16,467 nt of DNA from a bacterium (GCA_037446635.1 JBBIIG010000048.1:1-16467); one strand, 5' to 3'; counted from the first letter of the stretch, positions 1 to 9,400 are shown. The notes: generated by a model not told the origin, from the letters alone. Made by a program: numbers and translations.

Positions 1-1257
1 GCCGTGGTGGACCTCAAAGCAATGTGGGATCTGGTGCAGGAAAACGTGATCGGCGAAAAGGGCGAGGCCTTTATTTTTAACAAGCAGGGCGTGTTCATCG
101 CGCACTCCGACGCAAAGAAGGTTTATTCCAAACAGGTTTTTGGCAATGCGGAAATCATTGCCAAGATCGCTCAAGGTTTGAATGGACAGACGATTTACAA
201 AACCGACGAAGAGGTGGAGATGGTGGCGGCCTATGCCCCCATCGGCGGCTACGGCTGGGGCGCGATGATCCAGCAGCCCACCGCCGAGGCCTTCGCTTCC
301 GCCGACCGCATGCGGGTGCGGATCTTGCAATTTATGTTTGGCACCATCATCCTGGCTTCGCTGCTGGCGTTTTTTTACGCCCGCTGGATCGTCAAACCCG
401 TGGACCACCTGGTTTCGGGAATGGAGCGCTTCTCCAATGGCGAGCTCAACTACCGCATCGAAAAAGTGACCAATGATGAAATCGGCGCGCTGGCGGTCAA
501 TTTCAACGAGATGGCCGATCGTCTTATCGAGTTTCAAAACACGTTGAAGCGCACCGAACGTCTCGAAACCCTTGGTAAATTGGCGGCGGTGTTGTCCCAT
601 GAAATTCGCAACCCGCTCAACTCCATGGTGATCAACATGCAGATTTTGAAACGCGAGCTTGCCAGCGAGCGCTTTAATCGCAGCCGCGTGGAAAATTTTT
701 ATAACGTGCTGGCCGCAGAGATCAAACGCGTGGATCAGCTCGTGAGCGACTTTTTGCTCATCGCGCGGCCGCAAAGTCCGCAAAAAAGCCGCGTGGCGCT
801 CAACGAAGTGCTGGACGAAGTTTTGATGCTGCACACCGCCGAGGCGCTCAAAAAGGGCATTCGCATCGAGCGCGATTATGATCCGCAGCCGGTGTATGCT
901 GAAGTCGATGCTGCCAAAATGAAGCAGGCGTTTTTGAATCTAGTGCTCAACGCCATTCAGGCCATGCCCGGCGGCGGCAAGCTCACAGTCGAACTGCGCA
1001 ACTCTACCCGCACGCCGCGCGGACGGCACAAACCTTCCGAAAAATTGGTGACCATTGCTTTCCATGATACCGGCGTCGGCATCAAAAAAGAGGACTTGGG
1101 AAAAATTTTTGACTTCTATTATTCCACCAAAAAAGACGGCACCGGCCTCGGCTTGGCCATCGTCCAACAAATTATCGATGAACACCACGGCAAAATCACC
1201 GTGCACAGCAAAGTCAACCACGGCGCCACCTTCACGATTCTCCTCCCGCAAGAGTAA
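1..1257 (+). CDS. Sensor histidine kinase (Cache - TM - HAMP - HisKA - HATPase_c), 5' end outside window
   Basis: Frame is open from base 1. Cache-like segment (AFIFNKQGVFIAH...VAAYAPI..YGW), TM helix (FMFGTIILASLLAFFYA), HAMP (IVKPVDHL...DEIGALAVNFNEM), H-box LSHEIRNPL, N-box NLVLNAIQAM, G1 DTGVGI, F-box IFDFYYSTK, G2 GTGLGL. Confidence 0.95.
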   Translation, partial: AVVDLKAMWDLVQENVIGEKGEAFIFNKQGVFIAHSDAKKVYSKQVFGNAEIIAKIAQGLNGQTIYKTDEEVEMVAAYAPIGGYGWGAMIQQPTAEAFASADRMRVRILQFMFGTIILASLLAFFYARWIVKPVDHLVSGMERFSNGELNYRIEKVTNDEIGALAVNFNEMADRLIEFQNTLKRTERLETLGKLAAVLSHEIRNPLNSMVINMQILKRELASERFNRSRVENFYNVLAAEIKRVDQLVSDFLLIARPQSPQKSRVALNEVLDEVLMLHTAEALKKGIRIERDYDPQPVYAEVDAAKMKQAFLNLVLNAIQAMPGGGKLTVELRNSTRTPRGRHKPSEKLVTIAFHDTGVGIKKEDLGKIFDFYYSTKKDGTGLGLAIVQQIIDEHHGKITVHSKVNHGATFTILLPQE

Positions 1258-1328
1258 ATTTTTGTTGAAAAACTTGCAAAGAATGAACATATTAGCCCAA
1301 GAATTATAACCTACTATTTGATTTGATT

Positions 1329-2207
1329 ATGAAATTACCCCACCCAATTCCATATCAAGGCAGCAAAAGAAATCTTGCTGATCAAATCCTGCGGTTTTTC
1401 CCAGATAAGGTTGATCGCCTGATTGAACCGTTCGCGGGATCAGCGGCAATTACGATAGCATCTGCTTTTTATTTTAAGGCAAATCGATTCATCATCAATG
1501 ACATTAATTCGCCTCTAATCGATCTGTGGAACAATATCATCAATAATCCGAAATCAATTATCAAGGCATATCATAATATTTGGCATGGGCAGCTTGGAAA
1601 TGAAGAAGATTATTATTACGAAATTCGAGACAAATTCAATGAAACCAGACGGCCTGAATTTTTGCTGTTTCTTTTAGCAAAGTGCGTAAAGGCAGCGGTG
1701 AGGTATAATGCCGAAGGCAATTTTAACCAAAGTCCCGACAGAAGAAGGCTTGGCAGAAGCCCTCAAATGATGAGGAATGATATTTTACGAGTGTCTCGGC
1801 TTTTGAAAAATAAGGCCGAATTATTTTCCACAGACTATTCAAATATTCTCGCCAAGGCTGCTCCAAACGATTTGGTTTACCTAGATCCTCCATATCAGGG
1901 AACGGGCTTAAACGGCGGCTTTAATTATGCCAGCAACATTGAGTTTGATGGTTTTGTCGCTTCACTTTTTGATCTCAACACCCGGCAAATTCCATACATT
2001 TTGAGTTTTGACGGTCGAACCGGCGATAAAACTTTTGGCAACCCTTTGCCGGAGGGACTAAACCTGAAGAAAGTTGAGGTAAATGCCGGTCGTTCCTCAC
2101 AAGCCACTTTACTAAACCGCGAAGAATATACTTTTGAATCAATTTATCTATCTCCTGCCTTGGTTGCTAAGATTGATTTGCATAAAGCCAGAAGCAAAAT
2201 GAAGTGA
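1329..2207 (+). CDS. Dam-family (D12 class, alpha group) N6-adenine DNA methyltransferase, probably from an SphI-type R-M system
   Basis: N-terminal PYQGSKR, SAM-binding motif I IEPFAGSA, INDIN, catalytic motif IV LVYLDPPY. Visibly more AT-rich than the flanks. ATG at 1329 preferred over TTG at 1323. Confidence 0.93.
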   Translation: MKLPHPIPYQGSKRNLADQILRFFPDKVDRLIEPFAGSAAITIASAFYFKANRFIINDINSPLIDLWNNIINNPKSIIKAYHNIWHGQLGNEEDYYYEIRDKFNETRRPEFLLFLLAKCVKAAVRYNAEGNFNQSPDRRRLGRSPQMMRNDILRVSRLLKNKAELFSTDYSNILAKAAPNDLVYLDPPYQGTGLNGGFNYASNIEFDGFVASLFDLNTRQIPYILSFDGRTGDKTFGNPLPEGLNLKKVEVNAGRSSQATLLNREEYTFESIYLSPALVAKIDLHKARSKMK

Positions 2208-2347
2208 GACGACTTGATTTGCACTGGGCTGGATCTGAAGTGAAATACTACGATGCCATCAAAATCATAGCTGAACAAAATCAAATTGACTTGCCTGATT
2301 TTGTGAAAGAAATTATTGCAGAGAAAACTCGAACACAAACCAATTAA
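2204..2347 (+). pseudogene. 47-codon remnant resembling the C-terminus of an SphI-like HNH restriction endonuclease
   Basis: Manual translation gives VRRLDLHWAGSEVKYYDAIKIIAEQNQIDLPDFVKEIIAEKTRTQTN*. The GTG overlaps the MTase stop (GTGA) and the composition is as AT-rich as the MTase. It resembles, from memory, the RRxxLxW/FxGxEVxxY/FD tail of SphI-family endonucleases. No HNH or Cys motifs remain; an in-frame TAA lies at 2183-2185. Confidence 0.65.
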
Positions 2348-2360
2348 GGAGTCGCGATCG

Positions 2361-5345
2361 ATGAAGTTTTTCTGTAAAGGAATAAGTATCAGTCTTTTTT
2401 TTCTTTTGATCTTGATATCCCCTCAACTTAATGGCCAGGAAAATCTCACCAACGAATCCCAATTTCTCTCCAACACCCGCCAGCTCATTTACGACGGCGC
2501 CCGCTCCGGCGAAGGTTATTTTTCGCCGGATGGCAAAGCGCTGATTTTCCAAAGCGAGCGCGAGCCGGGCAATCCGTTTTTCCAAATTTATATTCTCGAT
2601 CTCGAAAGCGGCGACAGCCACCGCGTCTCGCCGGGCATCGGGAAAACCACCTGCGCCTTTTTCCGCCCCAATAGCGACGAAGTGCTGTTTGCCTCCACGC
2701 ATCTCGATCCCCAGGCGCTAATAAAACAGCAGGAGGAAATTGAGTTTCGCGCTGCCGGCAAAAAGCGCCGCTACACTTGGGATTATGATGGGCAAATGGA
2801 TATCTTCTCCGCCCACCGCGACGGCTCCAACCTCAAACGCTTGACCGACGCCCCCGGCTACGATGCCGAAGGTTCGTACTCGCCGGACGGCAGCAAAATC
2901 GTCTTTTGCTCCACCCGCGATGGCTTCCCGATTGATAAGCTGCCTTTGGAAAAACAGAAGCAGATGGAAATCGATCCCGCGTTCTTTGGCGAAATTTATA
3001 TCATGAACGCCGACGGCTCCCATCAAACCCGGCTCACCAACTGGCCGGGGTACGACGGCGGTCCGTTTTTCACGCCCGATGGCCAGCGCATTGTGTGGCG
3101 GCACTTTGAAGAGAACGGAATGCATGCCGATGTTTACACCATGCGCCTCGATGGCTCGGACGTGCGCCGCCTCACGGAATTCGGCGCCATGTCGTGGGCG
3201 CCCTATTTTCACCCTTCGATGGAATACGTCATCTTTGCTTCCAACAAATTGGGCTTCTCCAATTTTGAATTGTTCATGGTGGATGCGCCGGGCGAGCGTG
3301 AGCCGGTGCGGGTCACCTTCACCGATGGCTTCGACGGCCTGCCGGTGTTTTCACCGGACGGCAAACAGCTTTGCTGGACCAGCAATCGCACCGCCGATAA
3401 AAAATCCCAGCTCTTCATCGCCAACTGGAATCACGAGGCGGCGCTGACGGCGTTGGCCGCTTCCCCGAAGCGCGGCACCAACGGACACGAGGTCGGCAAA
3501 AATGGAGCGGCGCCGGCCGCCGAAGTGAGTTTCACGAAAAACGGTGAGTCTGAAAATTCAACTCTGTCGCCGGAAATCACCGCCAGCGATTTGCAAACCG
3601 AAGTCCGTTTTCTCGCCTCCGACGAGCTCGAAGGCCGCATGACCGGCAGCGCCGGCATCAAAAAAGCGGCGGAATATATCGTCGCGCGTTTCAAATCTGC
3701 CGGGCTGAAACCCTTCGGCGATAACAGCACTTTTCTTCAGCAATTCGAATTCACTTCCGGAATGGAGTTGGCGCCCAATCAAAATCGGCTGGAAGTAACC
3801 ATCGCCGGCGAAATCCAGACGTTTGAAGTCGAAAAAGATTTTCTGCCGCTGGCGTTTACATCCAATGGCGAGGTGGAGGGCGAGGTGGTGTTTGCCGGCT
3901 ACGGTTTGAAAGCGCCGGGAAAATTGGGCGAAGGCTACGACTCCTACGCCGGCCTCGACGTGAAAGATAAAATCGTGCTGGTGCTGCGCTACGTTCCCGA
4001 AGCCGTGGAAATGAAGCGCCGGCAGGAATTGAATGTTTACGCCGGCCTGCGCTACAAAGCGATGATGGCGCGCGAGCACGGCGCCAAAGCGCTGCTGGTG
4101 GTGACCGGCCCCAATTCTCCCAACGCCGGCGAAGTGGCGCCGCTGTCGTTCGATCGCAGCGTGGCGAATTCGGGAATTGTCGCCGTATCCATTAGTGGCA
4201 AAATTGCGGAAGCGATGTTCGCCGCCGCGCAGAAAGATTTGAAAGAAATTCAATCCGGACTCGATTCGGAAAATCCGCATTTTGAGGGAACGTTCGCGCT
4301 GCCCAATGTGAAAGTGAAAATTTCCGCGGGGGTCGTGCGCATCCAAAAAACCGATCACAACGTGGTTGGACTTTTGCCCGCCAGCGCGGCAGACAAACTC
4401 GATGAATACGTCGTCATTGGCGCGCATTACGATCACATCGGGTTCGGAGAAATTGGCTCGCTGGCGCGCAAAGGCGAGGAAGGTCAAATTCACAACGGCG
4501 CGGATGACAACGCCTCCGGCACCGCCACCGTGCTGGAGCTGATGGCGGCGCTGGCCGAGGCGCAGAAACAGAAGCCGGAGGATTTCAAACGCAACCTCGT
4601 GGTCGCGCTGTGGTCCGGCGAGGAACTGGGGTTGATTGGCTCGCAGTATTTTGTCGATCACGCGCCGCTGCCGATCGCGCAGGTGGCGGCGTACGTCAAT
4701 TTCGACATGGTGGGTCGGCTGCGCGATAACAACCTCATCTTACAGGGATTGGCGTCGTCCACCGTCTGGCCGAAGCTGATTGAAAAGCGCAACGTCGCGG
4801 CCGGATTCAATTTGACGCTGCAGGACGATCCCTATTTGCCCACGGACGTCACGGCGTTTTATCCGCAGGGCGTGCCGGTGCTGGCGTTTTTCACCGGCAG
4901 CCACGACGATTACAATCGCCCCACCGACGACGCCGAGACCTTGAATTACGACGGCCTGGAGCGCATCGGCAAATTTGCCCGCGCCATCATCCTGGATCTG
5001 TTGAAAGCGCCGCAGCGGCCCGATTACGTGAAAGTCGAGCGCACGCGCGCGCAAACCGGCGGCGACCGCGAGAATCTCCGCGCCTATCTCGGCACGATTC
5101 CAGATTACACCGATGAAAGCATCCCCGGCGTAAAGCTCTCTGGCGTGCGCGCCGGCGGCCCGGCGGACAAAGCCGGTCTGAAAGCGGAGGACATTATCAT
5201 CGAATTTGCTGGACAGAAAATCACCAACATTTACGATTACACCTACGCCCTCGACGCGGTGAAAATTGGCGAGCCCATCAAAGTCGTGGTGCGGCGCGGC
5301 GATCAAGAGGTGACGCTGACCGTGATTCCGGAGGCGAGGCAATGA
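2361..5345 (+). CDS. Secreted M28-family metallopeptidase with N-terminal TolB-like PD40 beta-propeller, PA domain and C-terminal PDZ domain
   Basis: RBS AAGGAG at 2346-2351 supports ATG 2361; signal peptide; repeated (F/Y)SPDG PD40 motifs; PA domain (EVVFAGYG...DYAGLDVKDKIVLVLR-like); M28 motifs GAHYDH, GADDNASG, SGEELGLIGS, NFDMVG; PDZ (YLGTIPD...GPADKAGLKAEDIIIEF). Confidence 0.93.
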   Translation: MKFFCKGISISLFFLLILISPQLNGQENLTNESQFLSNTRQLIYDGARSGEGYFSPDGKALIFQSEREPGNPFFQIYILDLESGDSHRVSPGIGKTTCAFFRPNSDEVLFASTHLDPQALIKQQEEIEFRAAGKKRRYTWDYDGQMDIFSAHRDGSNLKRLTDAPGYDAEGSYSPDGSKIVFCSTRDGFPIDKLPLEKQKQMEIDPAFFGEIYIMNADGSHQTRLTNWPGYDGGPFFTPDGQRIVWRHFEENGMHADVYTMRLDGSDVRRLTEFGAMSWAPYFHPSMEYVIFASNKLGFSNFELFMVDAPGEREPVRVTFTDGFDGLPVFSPDGKQLCWTSNRTADKKSQLFIANWNHEAALTALAASPKRGTNGHEVGKNGAAPAAEVSFTKNGESENSTLSPEITASDLQTEVRFLASDELEGRMTGSAGIKKAAEYIVARFKSAGLKPFGDNSTFLQQFEFTSGMELAPNQNRLEVTIAGEIQTFEVEKDFLPLAFTSNGEVEGEVVFAGYGLKAPGKLGEGYDSYAGLDVKDKIVLVLRYVPEAVEMKRRQELNVYAGLRYKAMMAREHGAKALLVVTGPNSPNAGEVAPLSFDRSVANSGIVAVSISGKIAEAMFAAAQKDLKEIQSGLDSENPHFEGTFALPNVKVKISAGVVRIQKTDHNVVGLLPASAADKLDEYVVIGAHYDHIGFGEIGSLARKGEEGQIHNGADDNASGTATVLELMAALAEAQKQKPEDFKRNLVVALWSGEELGLIGSQYFVDHAPLPIAQVAAYVNFDMVGRLRDNNLILQGLASSTVWPKLIEKRNVAAGFNLTLQDDPYLPTDVTAFYPQGVPVLAFFTGSHDDYNRPTDDAETLNYDGLERIGKFARAIILDLLKAPQRPDYVKVERTRAQTGGDRENLRAYLGTIPDYTDESIPGVKLSGVRAGGPADKAGLKAEDIIIEFAGQKITNIYDYTYALDAVKIGEPIKVVVRRGDQEVTLTVIPEARQ

Positions 5346-5408
5346 CGGCAGAGGGCAAAGGGCAGACGTAAAAAGCGACCGCTATTTTCACATTTGCCCT
5401 CTGCCGTC
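5344..5408. repeat. 16-bp perfect inverted repeat built from heptamer units
   Basis: GACGGCAGAGGGCAAA (5344-5359) and TTTGCCCTCTGCCGTC (5393-5408) are exact reverse complements. The arms lie within degenerate 7-nt tandem units. Confidence 0.85.
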
Positions 5409-5455
5409 TGCCATTTGACCTTTTGCATTCACATTTGCTTTTTAGGAGGAGGAAA

Positions 5456-6262
5456 ATGAAAAAGCTAATCATCATTGCGGCGGCGCTGGCGCTGCCGGTT
5501 GCGCTGACCGCCCAGCCCATCTGGCTCGATCAATCGCAGCCGCGCGCCATTGCGCTGGAGGTGCTCAAACCCAAACAGGATAACACTGAATTTCTGTCTT
5601 CCACACTATTTTTGTCAGTGAGGCTGGGCATCAGCAACAACCTGGTGTTGGTGGGCGAGTTGCCGTTTGCTTATGTTGCACTGGAAAATGTTGACCTTTC
5701 CAAAGCTCAAATTGGCAATCCCTATCTTGGGCTGGAGCTGGCCCGCAAAGACTCGCCGCTGTTTTTCGAGTTGGGCGCCCGCCTGCCGCTGGTGGCATCC
5801 CGAAATCTGGCAACTGTGTTTGGCCAATTGACCGAAGCCGATCGCATGGAAGCCTTCAATCCCGATATCACCAATCTGCTCGCCGCCATCAATCTACAAA
5901 ATATTTTTGCAAAAGAGTTCTTTTTCCGGCTGCGCGGCGCGGGATCGCTGTGGTTGAGCACCGGCGAGGGCGGCGGCGCGCTGCTCACTCGCGGCGAGGA
6001 TACCGAGCTATTTTTCTTATTTAGCGGGCAGACCGGCTACGACGGCAAACGGGTTTTTCTAGGCGCCGGCGTGACAGGGCGGCTGGTGGTCACTGAAAAA
6101 GGCAACTTTGGACGCCGCACCTTTCTACAGCTTAGCGCTAACGCCCGACTAAAACTAGGACGATTTCGGCCCGGGCTGCTTTTCCGTGTGCCGATAGAGG
6201 ATGATTTGCAGGAGGTGCTCGATTTCGTTATCGGGCCCAATTTAAGTTATAATTTCAAATAG
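5456..6262 (+). CDS. Hypothetical exported protein, probable outer-membrane beta-barrel
   Basis: Strong RBS AGGAGGAGG before ATG 5456; signal peptide MKKLIIIAAALALPVALTA; many alternating hydrophobic beta-strands; C-terminal LSYNF(K) resembles a beta-signal. Confidence 0.75.
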   Translation: MKKLIIIAAALALPVALTAQPIWLDQSQPRAIALEVLKPKQDNTEFLSSTLFLSVRLGISNNLVLVGELPFAYVALENVDLSKAQIGNPYLGLELARKDSPLFFELGARLPLVASRNLATVFGQLTEADRMEAFNPDITNLLAAINLQNIFAKEFFFRLRGAGSLWLSTGEGGGALLTRGEDTELFFLFSGQTGYDGKRVFLGAGVTGRLVVTEKGNFGRRTFLQLSANARLKLGRFRPGLLFRVPIEDDLQEVLDFVIGPNLSYNFK

Positions 6263-6300
6263 ACATCATTCTTCAAATACGTTGCGAAGTTTGTATATTG

Positions 6301-6335
6301 AAACTCTGACAGGGTTCTGAACCCTGTCAGAGTTT
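6301..6335. repeat. REP-like perfect palindrome (17-bp arms, 1-nt centre)
   Basis: AAACTCTGACAGGGTTC-T-GAACCCTGTCAGAGTTT, intergenic, followed by ATTTT; may also act as a terminator. Confidence 0.85.
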
Positions 6336-6428
6336 ATTTTAATTCTGCCCACCTCTGGTAGTCATCATCTCTTGATTTTTGAGCGCTCATTTCACGAAAC
6401 CATTTCATCCTTAAAAAAGGAGAAAAAA

Positions 6429-9400
6429 ATGAACAGCTCACGGAAGACCGCGCGGGATTACACTCCCTCACTGCAGCTCTGCCTCGTCATGCTTTTCGCT
6501 TTTTTGAACGCCGTAATTTTGCGAGCGCAGAACCCCAATTCCGATACCACCACCACTGGACAGATTCTAACCGTTCACATCACCTCACCGGCGGACGAGG
6601 CAGTGTTTCCGGGGCCATCTTGTGAAACCACCGTCGAAGGGGTGGTGACGCTTAGCTTGGTGGCACGTACCAATATTAGTGTTCTGTACGTCATCGATAT
6701 TTCCGGCACTACCGTCAATGGTTTCAATTTCCCGCTAGTGGACGTTAACGGCGATGGAGTCATTGATGAGCAGGATAATTTAAATGACAATGATTTTCCG
6801 GGCGACATCCTCGACGCCGAAATGGCCGGTGCGCTGGCGCTCAACGCCAGCATTCACAATTTTGATGAAGTGAGCGTCGGCTTGATCGCTTACGCGGCCC
6901 GAGCGGCCAGCGCCGACGTCAGTCCGGCTGCCGGCTTCCAGAATTTTATATCGCCGCCGCAAGCGGATGGCCAATCGAATGGAGTACCAGACATCGAAGA
7001 AGTCATCCTCTCACTCCGCTCGGATGTTATTGATGGCGGCTCCATTGGTAAGTTCACTCCAATACCCAACGATTCTCTCGAGGTTGACACCCAATACGGG
7101 CCGGCGCTACGGGCTATTATCACCACGTTTGCGGGTCGGCCAGCCGACGAACAGAAAATCGTCTATTTTCTTTCCGATGGCCGCGATCCGGAAGGCCCGA
7201 TCGATGATGAAATCGCGCAAGCCGCCGCCGCGGGAATTATCATCAACACTGTTGGCGTTACCAGCAACGCCGAACCCGAGGTTCTCTCTCAAATTGCCCA
7301 GGGTACCGGTGGAAGTTTCACGCAGGTGAATAATCCAGCCGACCTGCGCGTGGTTCTGCCCGCCATTCCGTTAGTTGGCATCGCCGAAGTTCGCGTCAAC
7401 GATCAGCCAGTGACGCTGAGTGGCATCGGCACGTTTGCAACCAGCGTGGCGCTCGCGCCCGGCGCAAATGTGATTTCCGCCACCGCCATCGCCGACGACC
7501 AGACCAGCGTGACCGCCCGCATCTCCGCGGCCTGCGGCGTCGAACCGCTGACCTGTGAATTGCAGATACTCGAGCCGCCGGCGGGTTTGGTGATTTGCGG
7601 CGATCAGGTCGCGGTGAAAGTTGTTTCCCGCGCCAGCGGCGGCGCCCCGCCGATTGATCGCCAGTGCACGATCAACGGCGAGCCCGTGAGATCTCTAAAC
7701 GACACCTTGAGCGCTACGGTCGCCATCGGCGCCGACAACCGAATTCTGGTCATCTGCACCTACACCGATTCCGAGAACAGCAGCGTCACTTGCACGGACT
7801 CGGTTTTTGTCCGGCGCCCCGAACCGCTGCAGTGTTCTCTTGAAATCGAATCGCCGCAAGAAGGCGCGTTTGTGTGCGACGACAGCATCGACGTCAGCGG
7901 CGTCGTCAACGTCAGCGGCGGGATTCCGCCGTTTAGGATTTCCAGTGAAGTAAACGGAGTGAGCGCGCTGGTTTCGGGCAACCGTTTTTCGGCGCGCGTG
8001 CCGCTAACCGCCGGCGAAAATAGTTTGATCGCCACCAGTACTGTAGTGGATTCCTGCGGCGCAACCACGATGTGCAGCGCCACCGTTCGCGTCACGACGT
8101 CTGAGCCGCCGCAATGCGAGGTCAAGATCGAGTCGCCGCAGGATGGCGCTTTCGTCTGCGGCGACAGCGTCACGGTGACGGCGACCACCAGCATCGTCGC
8201 CGGCGATTCGCCATCGCTGCAGATCGTTTGCGACATAAATGGCCAGCCGGTCACAGTTGAAAACGGCGCCTTTTCCGCAACCATTCCTTTGGCCGGAGAC
8301 ACGACGATCATTGTCGCCTCCTGCACCATCACCGACGAGTGCGGCAACACCTCTGTTTGCCGCAACTCCATTCGCGTGCTGCGGCCGCCGGCGCCGGTGA
8401 TCGAAGTTAAAATTACTTCCCCCGCGGATGGCGAGGCGGTATGCGGCGACAGCGTAATGGTTTCGGCGAAGCAGACTGTCACCGGCGGCTTTCCGCCGTT
8501 CCGGGTCTCTTGCACGATTAATGGAATTGAAGCGATGGTGACGGACAGTTTGATTTCGGCGACGATTCCAATCAGCGCGGGCGATAATGAGATCGTTGCG
8601 GTGTGCACGGCGACGGACAGCTGCGGCCGCGTCGTGGTGTCGCGGGATTCGATCGCCGTCTTGCGCGACGACGTCCCACCGACGTGCAGCTTCAGAAACG
8701 AGGGTCTGAACATCAAAGGCGTATTCAGCGACGAGCACAGCGGCATCGCCTCGTTTACGCCGGTGAGATTGAAGAACTCGACGCTCACCGTCGATCCGTT
8801 CACTCCCGGCGCAAAATCCGTGAGCTTTCTGTTGGAGCCGATCGACCCCAACAAGCCCACCGGTTTCAGCATCGATATTTTCGATGTCTGCGGCAACCGC
8901 TTCAACTGCGATCCGATTTTCGCCCGCCTCGAAACCGAGCGCGCCAAGCAAATGGATTTCACCTTCCCACCGGAAGATCGCTATCTGCAAATCACCAACT
9001 TCGGATTGACGGAAGTGCGCATCGATCTCAACGGCAACAAATTCCAACTCACCGCGGATCTGCTCCGCGCCCAAAACGAACCCAACACCTTCTTTTTGGC
9101 ACGCGACGGCCGCCTGACCATCGACCTGGAAAATTACTTGCGGGCGGAAGAAAACGCGATCTTTATCGCCTTCGACGGCCCAGCCGGCGCGGCCGCGGAT
9201 CTGTTTTTATTGGATCACGTGCACGACGTCGATTTCATTTTGAATCTGCAAACTCTGCCAACGACCTTTAATTTGTCGCAAAACTACCCCAACCCCTTCA
9301 ACCCCACCACGCGCATTCGCTTTGATATCCCAGTGCGTTTGAGTGAAGGCGTGCGCGTGCAACTGAGAATTTACAATTTGCGGGGCGAGCTGGTGCGGGT

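Noticed and set aside
1329..2207. Assigning the symbol dam (GATC methylase)
   Set aside because: Family membership is clear, but specificity cannot be read from the sequence, and the context suggests a type II R-M origin.
2316..2360. Upstream TTG start for the M28 peptidase given in the ORF track
   Set aside because: ATG 2361 has an AAGGAG RBS and begins a signal peptide; the extension overlaps the endonuclease remnant.
3558..5342. Long minus-strand ORFs (367 aa and 200 aa)
   Set aside because: Antisense shadows of the GC-rich peptidase gene with no recognisable motifs.
7760..9271. Overlapping ORFs of 400, 356 and 222 aa
   Set aside because: Antisense or alternate-frame shadows of the VWA gene; composition is atypical and no domains are recognisable.
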